Shown here piece after piece: positions 50,020 to 62,074 of a stretch of DNA of 64,000 nt. Origin of the DNA: Heterodontus francisci (lineage: Eukaryota); contig NC_090380.1 in the NCBI RefSeq assembly GCF_036365525.1, positions 76,509,784-76,573,783 of the forward strand, read 5' to 3'. The notes beneath the pieces are model-generated. The model was given only the letters and a program-made list of their open reading frames with translations. It made no database searches and was not told the origin of the DNA. The translations under genes and the position numbers were made by a program. How positions within the stretch are numbered: position 1 is the first letter of the stretch; every line of letters begins with the position of its first letter.

Positions 50020-52220
50020 GAGCGGATAAGGGATCAAAATGGAGATCTATTGATGGAGACAGAAGGCATGGCTGAGGTACTAAATGAGTACGTTGCATTG
50101 GTGTTTACCAAGGAAAACTCTGCCCAAACTATGTTGAATGAGGAGGTTGCTGGGATACTTGATAAGGTAAAAATTGATAAACAGGTACTAGAAAAGTTCT
50201 TAAAGTGGATAAGTTACCCAGTCTGGATGGGATGTATCCTAGGTTGCTGACAGAAATAAGGGCATCATAAATCACACTGGTGTTGGTCACAATCTTTCAA
50301 TCCTCCTTAGATACAGGAGTGGTGCCAAAGGACTGGAGATTGCAAATGTTACGCTTGTTCAAAAAAAGGGAAGGATAAACCTGGTAATTACTGGCCTGTC
50401 AGTTTAACCTCAGTGGCAGGGAAGCTTTTAAAAACAGTAATCCGAGAGAAAATTAATGCTACTTGGAGAAGCATGGACTAAGGTGATCCAGCACAGATTT
50501 GTTAAGGGCATGTTTGATTAACTTCATTAAGATCTTTGATGAGGTCACAAAGTGTGGATGAGGGCAGTGCAGTAGATAGTGTACATGGACATTCAAAAGA
50601 CGTTCGATAACGTACCACTTATTAGGCTGGTTAGCAAAACTGAAGTCCATGGATGGTACAGATGACAAGACTTGGTTGCAGTGTTATCATTTCCATTATT
50701 TTTATTTTATTTATTTATTTTTTGAGGACTTGTGTTAAATGAAAAGATTCCATGGATGTTTTTTTTTAAAACCAAGTTCACCAACAGGACAAGATGTTGT
50801 TTGAAAGCCATCTGCGCTGCAGGCCACCTGTGATTTGGGCTCAGAAAATAGCAGAACCCTTGGTGACTTGGGGAAAAATGGTTACAGAGAAGCCACACGT
50901 CAAAGTTTATGGAAGTCAGGAGGTCAACTCTGTTTGGGGTTTGGACATTGTTTTCAGCTAGTTGTGTTGAGGGTTCTGCTGTTTGAAGACAGCTGGAATT
51001 TTCCTGACAAGGAAAAAGAAATCACCCAGCTCACCTCCTTCTCTACCTTTTTGAAGAAATCCTGCCAAGGTTCCGTGTGGATGAACAAAAAAAATCCCTG
51101 GTGCCATATAGCTCCTGAAGAACTGAAAAGAAATCCTGCCATTCAAGTGTGCGCTGGCAGAAAAACCTTTACGCCACATTTCTCCCAGAAAGCCTACTAG
51201 AATAATACTAGACATCTCCAGAATGGACTGCTTCTGAAACGAACCCGTATACCCAGATGCCAGACCAAAAAAGGGACAACTGACTTCCTTCCATATCATC
51301 TTTCTTTTTTAGTCAAGAATTAGCAAGTATTTGGCTAAAGTAGTTTTTTTTTTTCTGTCTTTTATTTTTGTAACAGACTGCTGCAGAGTGAATTTCTGGA
51401 TTTTTTCCTTAGTGTGTATAATTGGGGAATTTTTAAAAAAAGGAACTTTCATATTCTAATCAGTGTGTTAATGCTTTGCTTCATTCCTGTTTTTTATATT
51501 AAACTGATAACTTTGTTGTTTATTAAAGAAACCTGGTTGGTGTATTTTATTCTGCAATTAAAAAAAAAGTGAGGATATGACTGGCTGCATCGGTAACCGG
51601 GTAAACGTTTTAACAGATGCGGTGACCTGTGGAAAGTGCAACTAGAAAAGACAGTGCACTCCTCCCGCCTCGGTCGTAACAATAGTAAATAATGAAGGAC
51701 TTCAAAGGGAGCACACAGGCTGATGGAATGGGAGCATACATGGCAGATGAAATTCAACACAAAAGTGTGAGGCGATACATTTGGTAGGAAGAATAAGGAG
51801 AGGCAGTACATGCTAAATGGTACAATTTTAAAGGGATAAAAAGGAGAGAGACTTGGGATGTTTGTGCACACATCTTTGAAGGTGCAGGAAAGGTTAACAA
51901 GGGAGTTAATAAAGCATATAGAAATGTGGGCTTTATAAATGGAGGCATAGAATACAAAAAAAGTCAGGAAGTTATGCTAAACCTGTATAAAACACTAGTT
52001 CAGCCCAGCTGGCATGTAGTGTTCAATTCTGGGCACAAAACTTTAAGAAGGATGTGAAGGCTTTGAAAAGGGTACAGAAGAGATTTACAAGAATGGTTTC
52101 AGGGATGAGGGATTACAGTTATGTGGATAGATTGGAAAAGTTGGGGTTGTTCTCTTTAGAGCAAAGAGGGCTAAGTAAGAGGAGATTTAGAGATGTTTAA
52201 AATTATGAAGGATTTAGATA
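50020..52220 (+). mobile_element. Degenerate CR1 ORF2 interrupted by a solo LTR
   Basis: MAEVLNEY..VFTKE, VPKDWR and later RT remnants on both sides of 50682-51681. Confidence 0.8.
50682..51681 (+). mobile_element. Solo LTR, probably Gypsy-type
   Basis: TGTTATCA...TCGTAACA imperfect inverted termini, about 1 kb, ATTAAA signal near the right end, splits the CR1 DD.KLG..|VNNE motif; TSD decayed (GCAG/ATAG). Confidence 0.6.
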
Positions 52221-55121
52221 GTTTCTCTTTATTTACTCGGTTTCCAATGGCTTCTAGTGATCAGCTCAAATCTGAACCCCTTTACCAATTTGTCAGCCAC
52301 TGTAAACAATATTTTGCTATTTACTTGGAGAGGCTGAAAGTTTTGAGTTTTCTACTTTTAGGCTGATTCATTTCTAATTAATAAAATGTTTCCTTTTTAA
52401 TATTCATCTCCTATAGTGTCACTCTCACATCCACTTTAGGTATTCCTGAAGTCCCATGTTCACCTTCCTATGTATAAAAAAAAAAGGTAAAATATTTGTT
52501 AAACAACTCTACCAATCCAACTCAATGCAAGTTTTCCCCATCATCTCCAAATAGTATCATCCCTTATGTAATTATCCTCTTATAGGCACATGAAAACTGG
52601 AGTCACTTTCCTTTATGCTGACCACTGAACTAATTTCATATTGAGTTTCCTTCCTGTATTTCTTCAGCATTATCCTCTTTATCTGTTCTCAGATACTACA
52701 ACTTCTATTTATCCACGCATCCCAGTCTGACACACCTACTTTACTTTATCCATCTCAAATTTAAATATTTCTTATTGCTGATCCATAGTTTCATCTGCTA
52801 TTTTTTCAAACCAATTAGTCTGTGCTATGTCCTCATTCCCACCATTGATATTACCCAATTTCCAGTCCAACACCTTTAACTTTGACTATTTTAAATATAT
52901 TATGAATTTAATTGCTCAGGTATTTTACCTTCAGATGGTTTACTTGTCTTGCCAGAATCAGACTAGCAGTGCATCATTCTTTATTTAAAGGTGCAACATA
53001 CTGACAAGGGAGAACAGCATTGAAAGAATTCTAAGAACCCCTTGTTGACCACTAACTAACTTAAGACTAATAAGACAAAAGTTTGTTATAATAATTACAA
53101 CTGTAATTATTGCAAACCTTACTAAATTACCTATGTCTCTCATTCTGGATCCCTTTTCCACTATTCAGCAGTCTGTGGTGTACTTCCAAGATGATAACAG
53201 ATCGTAACTATAATTTAAAAACTCATCCCTCCACTTCATTTCAAAACATTTTAATTTGGAAATATTTAGTTCTCGTCTCACTTCATCCGAAACCTGGTGT
53301 CAATCAACATCACATCCTTCTAATCTAATTCGTACCACTAGTTCAAGACTTAATTGATAATTTACAAAATTGCTATAAACATTGCAACCTTGACTGACTT
53401 TACTTCTCTGTATCCCTTTCCCTCTTACTCCATCGCTATCTTTCTCTCCACATCCAGCCTTCTATTTTATACTCTTTAAATCATACTTATTAACTCCTCC
53501 CCAATAAGCCCTATTGCAGGTCTCCATTCCACTGAAGCGGTTATTCATTTTAAACTCAGTTCTATTTATTTGGTGCCAGTTTTGTTTAGGTGAAGTTATT
53601 CATCCCATACAGGAAATTCTAAAACTGGACCCAAGTCCCCACAAACTTCTTTAAACTACAGATTCAGCTGCCTAATCATTTCCTACTTGTCTGGTTTAGC
53701 AGTTGCCACAGGTAGTATTCATGAACATATTGGCTTTGATGTTTTGCTTTTTAATTTCCTTCATTTCTCATATCCCTTACATAATAACCTGTCCTCAAAT
53801 CTACCCTTGTTAGATTGCACATGGACTAAATCACTGGCTGCTCACCCAACACTGCCAAAAACCTGTCTTCACATTGAGACAATATGCCATCCTGGACTTC
53901 AAGTCATACCCACAACACTCATGTCCTTCTATGCTCCACGGGGCTGGTATTATCCAGGGGAGAAGTGAGCATAGCAAGTCTTACTTCCTTTAGAAACAAC
54001 TTTCACAGATTCATCCTCAATGAACTCCCTATCATCCCACATTGGGAAATAAGTCAATCTTGTTTTAGCTCTAGAAGGCTCCTATTCCTACATTTTCTAT
54101 CTCACTTTCTTCTTTCAGTGGTGTTCTCCTAGTTATTCCCTGCTTGTTACAGCTCAACCATACATCAGTTCTAGCCTTAAACATTCTCCCCAGCCAATGG
54201 ACTGTGAGATGCACTAAGCCAGTTTCAAGTGCAGCAAACTGCTGCTGGCATGTTAACAACTTGTTAACAATTAGTACAAATGCATTCATCCTGTGCACTG
54301 CCCAAACACATTTAATTGCTTTCACCATTTTTAAACAATCTGCTTATTCATCTTTTTTTTTTTTAAAATAAAGTTCTGTAACTGAAATTTAGCATTTCAC
54401 CCATTGCTTTCTAGAAAACCAAATGCAAGCAGTTTTATTAGGGTAAGAAAAATAAAATCAGAAATTGATTATTGGGTCATGTTGAAGGAAAAAAATGCTC
54501 CCCCTTCTGCTATCATTTTTCATTGTGACCTCTAAACCAATTTCTGAATGCAAATTGAGAATTAATAGTGTTAGGAAAAATTTCCAGCATTCATCCACTC
54601 CTTAACGCCACGATGGCAAACTAGTTAAAGCCATAAACACTCCTATTACTAGCTGTTTCCAATGACTCAGTGACAGTAAGAATGTAGAGTTACATTTAGG
54701 ACATGTGAATCAAGACTGTTTTTCCTCTTAAAGCAAGGCACTGCACCCAGTGAACCAAATATTCTCATCAAGAGCAGCCTTCCATCTACATGAGATGATG
54801 GATGTGAAGCAAATGCATTGGCGATGGGATAGTTTCACATGGTGCACTTTTGCTGATTGCCGAAGAGACCAATCCAAGAGAAATAGGTTTTGCCACAAAT
54901 GTGGCAGTTATCGGTGTTATTGGCACCTGTTGTCAAGCTGCTGTGGCTACTTAGCGTCATGGTAGCATATACTGGCCCACAGAAAGGACAGGATCCATTC
55001 CACAGAACATGTGCAGCGCAAAAATCATGTTATACAAAAACAAAGACGACAGAGGAGACTTGGAAAAAAAAATTAGCAACTTTCATATTTACAAACAAAT
55101 TTTGTCCCCTCTTGCACTTAC

Positions 55122-55213
55122 CCTGACATCAACAGAGCATCCAACAGTCCATGATGGATTTCCCAACACCTGGTTGTGGCATAACAAGTGGACAAGAGAT
55201 GATTTCCCAACTC
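55122..55213 (-). CDS. RABL3: RABL3 exon 2 ([31 protein letters not shown])
   Basis: 92 nt, ttttccag|...|gtaagt, phase 1/0; completes P-loop GDSGVGKS. Confidence 0.97.
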
Positions 55214-55514
55214 CTGGAAAATAAACAGAATTAAGACTGAAAACAGAAGTGGAATAAAATGATTTAATCTATGATTGTCAGCACTATCTTAACAGCAATG
55301 TTTTTATATATAGACACACCAATAAATAAAATTATATAGATGCAAAAATTTCACTCGCATATGCAGCATTCTAGTGATATTAAAGGATTAACTAGCAACC
55401 AGCTGTAGAACAGACACGGTTTGTATCAAAAGTAACTGAATACAGGGTTTTTTTAAAAATAGGGAAATTCAAATATCAATATTCAGAACACCAATGTTGT
55501 GAAGAGGAAAAAAA

Positions 55515-55945
55515 ATAGAAAAACTTGCATTTATATAGAACCTTTCATGCCTCAGGATATCCAAAGGAACTTCACAGGCAATTTGAGCACATTTAAAATA
55601 AAGTCATTGTTGTATTTGAGGGGAAACACCAGTCAATTTGCAGAAAGCAAGGTCCTACAAACAGCAATACAATATTGACCAAATAATGTTTTTGGTGGTG
55701 TTGATTGAATGATAAATTTTGACCAGGACACCAAGATAAGTTCCCAACTCTTCTCTGAAGAGTCCCATGGGATCTTTTACATTCACCTGCAGGGGCAGAC
55801 AGGGCCTAACATCTCATCCGAAAAACTCTGGTTCCACCACCACTCCTTCAACTCTGATTTTATATTCAAGTCTCTGAAGTGGGACTTGAACCCTTGACCT
55901 TCTGACTCACAGATGAAAATGCCAGGACTAGGTCAAACTGACATT
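55515..55945 (-). mobile_element. Deu-domain SINE (SacSINE1/AmnSINE1-related)
   Basis: Minus strand TTTCGGATGAGATGTTAGGCCCTGTCTGCCCCTGCAGGTGAATGTAAAAGATCCCATGG (Deu-like core), B box GGTTCAAGTCCC, L2-like tail. Confidence 0.75.
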
Positions 55946-56074
55946 TGGTGCAGTCATTTTGCTTTTGTTAAAAAAGGGAGAGAATTTAAGTCCACAGAAT
56001 ATTAGTGTTAAGTAAGAGATGCATAGTTGGATTTATGCTATTCATTAGGAAGACCTTACAAATCATTCAATTTT

Positions 56075-56220
56075 TTGATAACAGATTATCTAGTCATTCA
56101 TACATTGCTGGTTTTGGGAGCTTGCTGTGCACAAACTGGCTAACATGTCCTCTACATTACAACTTTGGCTGAAAAGCTTTTGGGATGTCTTGTGGTCATG
56201 AAAAGCACTATATAAATAAA
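56075..56220 (+). mobile_element. Deu-type SINE 3' fragment, inverted relative to 55515-55945
   Basis: GGGAGCTTGCTGTGCACAAACTGGCT...TTTGGGATGTC...AAAGCACTATATAAAT. Confidence 0.65.
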
Positions 56221-56820
56221 ACTGTCATTTTCTTTGGTTCTGATTAAATTAGCTCAGTAAAGATCAGTTTCCATTGCATTTAACCAACTTGGATGATTCC
56301 ATCAATAATTCACAACTGACAACGCAGTATGAGTACCTAACACTGCATCACATTTCCATATCCTAAACAAGACTGCAGTTAATTGATCCAGTGTCAAAAC
56401 GAAGCCTAAATTACTGGTGAATCTAATGTAGAAAGTTGCCAACGTAGGAAAAATATTACCAACCAGGTTAAGGATCACAAACAGCCGGGCAGGGTTAGAA
56501 ATCCATTTAAGTATACGAAGTTGAATTTATCAAGCAGAATCGGTTACATTTCTAAAACAAAACGAATGAGCTTGGCTCTTGATGTGTGAAATTTGAAAGA
56601 CTTGTAAATGGGATATCACTCACTAATATCAACATTCCAGCAATAGCACCAAGGGCTTAAAAATGGATAAAAACTTTATTTTCAATATACTGAAAACATC
56701 ACTGAGTAATTAGTTCATAGTAATCTGGAACTTCACACATTTAGTGCTCTTTCCAAGCAAATGTCATGGGCACTCTGCAAGCATACACAGGCCTCTGTTC
56801 AAAGGTAAACTGCTCTTTAC

Positions 56821-56866
56821 CTGAATCCCCCAACACCAACACCTTCACTCGCTCCAAAGACGCCAT
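56821..56866 (-). CDS. RABL3: RABL3 exon 1 coding part (MASLERVKVLVLGDS)
   Basis: gacATGG strong Kozak, 46 nt, donor gtaaag; the eight exons sum to 714 nt = 237 aa + stop. Confidence 0.97.
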
Positions 56867-56869
56867 GTC

Positions 56870-57220
56870 ACGAATACATTCACCTTCTCCCCAACCCAAC
56901 CGCTGGGCTGCCGTGTGAGATTTTAAACAAACGTCTGATTGTATAGTTCTCGAGCACAGAGACCAGAATCGATCAAACCTCGCTGTATGAGTGGCTGACA
57001 ACCTGTCCGTTACCACAACGGTTCAGCCCTGCTCAATCAGCAGGCAAGTCACGGGCAGCCGCCAGCACGGTGACGTAGACCTCCACCCATCGCACTGCGC
57101 GGTGACGTACACTTCCTGCCTCCTCCCTCCGCAGCGACGTAAACCATCGCGCAGTGTCAGCCGGGTAACATGATGTTGGTGCGTGTTATGCCCCTTGAGA
57201 GGTTGTAGTTATAGCCGGTG
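56870..57220. promoter_or_regulatory. CpG-rich bidirectional promoter
   Basis: Local CpG enrichment in non-repeat DNA; CRE-like TGACGTA at 57071-57077 and 57103-57109; ETS core ACTTCCT at 57111-57117. Confidence 0.7.
57120..57220 (+). other. Probable non-coding first exon of the divergent gene (GTF2E1 expected by synteny)
   Basis: Strong donor GTG|GTGAGT at 57220/57221 with an abrupt switch to AT-rich intron-like DNA; RABL3 and GTF2E1 are head-to-head in human; no GTF2E1 coding sequence seen in the window; start coordinate is a guess. Confidence 0.5.
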
Positions 57221-60200
57221 GTGAGTATTTATTTAAATGTTGAAATAATTCTACTAGTTACTATAAATAACCTATTTAATGTTTATTGCGTCTCTTTAAA
57301 ATCGTCTCGCTTTACTTGTGCTATTGGGTGGCCCTTAGTATTAATTAGTATTGTTGTGTCTTTAGTATGGACCTGCAGTTTAGGTCATTCAGGATTTGTT
57401 GAGTTATTTTGCATTTATTGATTTATATTTTTAAATACCTCACGTTAGAGTATGTTGTTTGATTCTGTAATATGAAATAGTATTTAAGTTTCGGTATTCA
57501 CATTGAGTAGTTTCGAGTGAGGTGTAATTTGTAAGATTGTTGTATGAGATAGCTGTGGTTTAATTATATGGGGAGTAAATTATTTAAAGGTTAAAACACT
57601 CGGGGGGGTTGGATGATCTCCTAAACAATCAGAGCAAATTCCCAGTTGATTACACAGTATTTGAATGAACCTTGAGTGCTATTCTCCTGTAACCTGAAGT
57701 AAACTCTAATGCCCCTACTGTAGTAACCAGTATTTGTGAACCAATGTTTGTGGGCCTCCATGCACATACAACAATATGTTCTGAATGTGTCAAACCTTTA
57801 ATGCTGGGAAAGAATTGGTTGGCGTGTTTCCTTGCTATTAACAATCAAACATAGTTTTTAAAATGTGGCTTTATGCTGGGCTGGAGTCTTATTGAGTCTG
57901 GTGTGAGAATATCTTGCACAATTTGTTTTATTGTACTTAGTAGTTAAATTAATATGGTACCTGATGACAAAAATGTTGTTTTGCATCAATGTGAAAGGGG
58001 TAGTAGAACTGTACCCTTATTTGTCTTTGCTGTATTGGGAACTAGCTCAGTGAAGTGAAACTGTGATCTGACACATGTAATGCTTTAGAAATTGTGAATG
58101 GTTTTTTTCCTCGTAAGAATAGATGGCTGTAATCCTTTTCTATGAACCAGAAATGAGATGTAGGAGTTAAACATTTACACCTGGTGATGTTTTGTTATAG
58201 AAGTTTGAACATTATAGTAATTAAACTTAATGTTTGATCGCTTCCTTCTGTTTCCTCTTCCAACTTTGTGTTACAGTTTTGCCCCTTATATTTCTATCTA
58301 TATTACTTCACTTGCATTTCATGACCTTTCTACACTCCCTGCTTGTCTCAGTCTTTATCAGAAAGTTCCAAGCAATTTAAGCATCTATCATCTGAGGTCA
58401 AAGATGCTAATGCAAGCTGCTTGGTTTAGGTTAAGCAAAGCATTGAATGTACATTTTTGCTGTGCCAAAATCCTGTAACTCTATCTAACAGCATTATGGG
58501 AGCATCATTATCATATGGAATGCAGCAGTTCACAAAGGCCCATCACTACCTCATGGACAACTAGAAATGAGCAATAAATACTGGCCATAATCTTTGCAGG
58601 ATGAAAATGAATTAAAAAGAAAAATGGCTATTCTACAGATGTTAGACTGTAAGCATATGTAAATTTGTGAGATAGTCCAGAATTAAATGTAGTTGTTCTA
58701 CCTTGATCAGGTTGTTTATAACCTCGGTGAAGACTGTCACTGTCAGCAATATTCTTCAGGCTTTTAAACTTGAGGCTTAATATAAAGTGGATTACTCACT
58801 TGCTCCTGATCCTTTAAGACTTTTATCAATGTTTTCTTGCCTCTTTTGTCGAAATTACATGATGCACTTCAGATTGTCGAAGCCTTCCATTTTTGTTAGT
58901 CTTGGTATCTGTCGTTTGACCAAAAGAATCCAAAAGCAATAATATTTCCACAAGCTCTAATTGTCCATTACTACTGGTTTGAATGTAATGAATTGCAGGG
59001 TTCGATTTGAATGATAGGATGTTACAGCATGAAAGTAAGCTATTTGGTCCATCAAGTTTAGACATTATTTCCACCAACAGCCTAACCACATTCTTCTGCT
59101 TACTCCTTGTAGCCTTCAAAATTCCTCTTTTCAAAGCAATTATCTAATTCTCTTTTAATGGAACTTTTAAAAATTCTAACCTTGGCTTTCTTTTTATGAT
59201 TTATCTTAAATTTATCCATCCTGGTTAATGACTTGCATAATTCATAATCTCTCCATGGTTGCCCCTAATCTTCTCCACTGAAGTCTCAACTATAACCTTT
59301 CATTCCTACTAACATCCGAGTGAATCCACACTGCATTTTCAACAACTTTTATGTACAAGTTACAATTTGTTTCTGAAAGGTTAAAGTCTTTTTACAATTG
59401 TACAATTTCATTTTTTTATTTCAATCATTTCAAAGTGACGTTGAATGATGAGAAGACCAGTTGCTTATATAAGTTTCAAACAGTTGAAAGAGACATTTAA
59501 AACGAGCAGGAGAGCTGAACACTTAAAAAGAATGGAGAGCCTCTAATAAATGGCAGGAAAGGGCAAATGTGAAAGTAAGAAAGAGCCCCATTATAATGAT
59601 TGGGAAGGGTCCCTGGCAAAGGAAGAGGATATTTTTGTATTTTTAACACAAGATTACAGGAAAAGGAAAACTATTACAAAATGTTCTTACTTCACTGAGG
59701 TGGGTCGTAAACTTGATAAGTAACTTGACCTATGCAAATTAATGTGACTTCACTCAAGCTTCTCAAATTCAAATTTTTAGCACAAAAAGCACAGACGTTT
59801 GCAAGAATAGATGTACTACAGCACTTCAGAAGTCCACAGATTGCATCTCCTATCAGATCATAGCTATTCATAAATGGTAGTCTACTTTGCAATAAAAATA
59901 ATCTCAAAAGCCCCACAAAAATAAAGGTAACTGATTCTAGTGCAATACTGGCAAATGTTTTTTTTACTTGAGAAAGAGAGATGGTATCTTCTCGAAATCT
60001 GATCAGTCTGGTAAGTGTCGCTTTTTTTTCAATTGTCCTGTCTAGTAGTTTGAAAGAACTTCAAAACACCTTCCTTAATATACTACATAATATTGGATTC
60101 TAAAGCCTTAAAATCCAATTAAGGTGGTCTTGCGTCCATGGTAATTTGCAACTCTTTAATGATGCATTTTGTGCTTCTACATCTGCAGCATTATTTCAAC

Positions 60201-62074
60201 ATTTCTAGTACTTTGCTTTTTAAAGTATTTAAAGAAACAATGTTTTCCTCATCTCCATAGGTGATTTATCATCATGTTGGTCTGCTGGATCCATCCCTGA
60301 TTCAATCCTGTGCCTGAAGATTTAAATCTGCTTCTGGAAGTGGCACAACCCAGAAACTGGGCTGGGTTGAAGGGAAATTTCTTTTTGTCATTTGTAGCAT
60401 TCATTAAATACAAAATTATCTGTTTGCTACAAATAGGAAACAGGAAATCTTCTTTCACCCCAAGTCTTATGTGCTGATGTTGAATAATGAGAAGACCCTT
60501 CATCTGTTGCTGAAACCTTCAGAGAATCTTCTCTGAGATGCGCTGCACAAGCCGATAGCATCTGCAGTAACCAACCACATGGTACACATACCAGCCCTTC
60601 AATATATTGCCGTTCACCTTCATGTGGACTCTGGCGGACTGCTTGACTTTGTACCATTTGCAATTTTTATGTATGTCCATTTAGATATGATGTAGTGAAA
60701 GTTTGTTGCTTATAATACACCATAGACTTGTAGAAGAACTTTTTGGGCTGCATAATACATCTTAATCCATCTATATGGTATACAAAGTAATTTTATATTA
60801 ATTTTGCCACATGCTAAAATTTGCTTTCATAGTTTAGCTTAATTCTTTTGGTAAGAAGCTATAGTTTGAGTGTGGCGAAAGTACTGGTGGACTATATCAT
60901 TTAAAAAATTTGTGGCTTGAATGGATCTGCATAAAATGTTTACAACCCTATTTGCTACCTGACTTTCCTAACTTTAATTCCTGGACTGGCATTTGCCGCA
61001 TGGCTTTCCTGAAAATAATATTTTTGATAACTATGCTATATAATGTAGTTGGAGAGAGGATTAGTGAGAAGTAAGGCATTTTTATCTTAATTATTTTCAT
61101 GCTCAAAGTAGCTGAGTGCCCAAACGGTGGCTGCATGTTCTTTTGTGTTAGCCTTCAAGACACTAAATAAAAATTTTGGTTTTTTTTTCCTAATGATGTC
61201 ATCATCCTGATTTAGTTAGTTTTCATTTTTCTATTTTAAAAATAAAATTTCTTATTTCATTTTAAAGCAATTTGCATAGGCCAATCCTGCTTGGAAGTAT
61301 CAATTCTGTGGCCCTGAAGCCACTGGCTCCATGTTTAAATCAATCTACACAAAAACAATGGATTATGATTTCTGTTGGGGAATAGTCTCTCCATTTCAGG
61401 CACCCAGCTTCAGCACTAGGGAAGGTATAGCACAGACAGCTGCAGGAGTACCTGAAAATGGCAGAGACTGTTAGCGCTTTTAAACAAGTTTTGCTGTCTC
61501 AACTGATAACTGGATGTTGCCCTCTTCTCCATACAACACAGTAAACTAGATTTGCTTCAGCTAATAGAACCTCAAGATTCAAACAACTATTAAGGTTTCA
61601 ATGGCTTGTCCCAAATTTAATTCTACAGCTGACACTTCTATGTGCAGCATATAGACCTTCAATAAATAGTGGGTCATAGAGTTTATTAGTCTGGTCCAGG
61701 AAAATTCCATTCAATATGAATGCCACTCTTAATTTGAAATTGCATAATATGAATTACCTGCTAATTAATTTTTTTGAATACAGAGCATGTTACTGTGTTA
61801 ATCACAGTTTAATTTGAATTATTGGATAATTAATGCAAAAACAACTTGATTTATCAGAAGGAGACTGTGATCTCATATGACATCACAAAACAACTGATTT
61901 TCTTGGTTTACAAAAATACAGTCTCCACCTTTACAGCTGGTGTTGATGGAATGAGTCCACTATAAGTGTTGGATGGTGTATTGTCTTTTAGAGAACAAAA
62001 ACAGGAAATGTTCGATGCTGGGATTGAAATGACTGTCATTATGGACAGAGTCATCATTGCTGTCGTGTGTTGAA

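Noticed and set aside
56867-57016. 50-aa in-frame N-terminal extension of RABL3 in the ORF track
   Set aside because: No in-frame upstream ATG; the ATG at 56866 has strong context and matches the known N-terminus.
61458-61545. ATGGCAGAG... as the GTF2E1 start
   Set aside because: Short ORF (MAETVSAFKQVLL...) without similarity to the TFIIE-alpha N-terminus.
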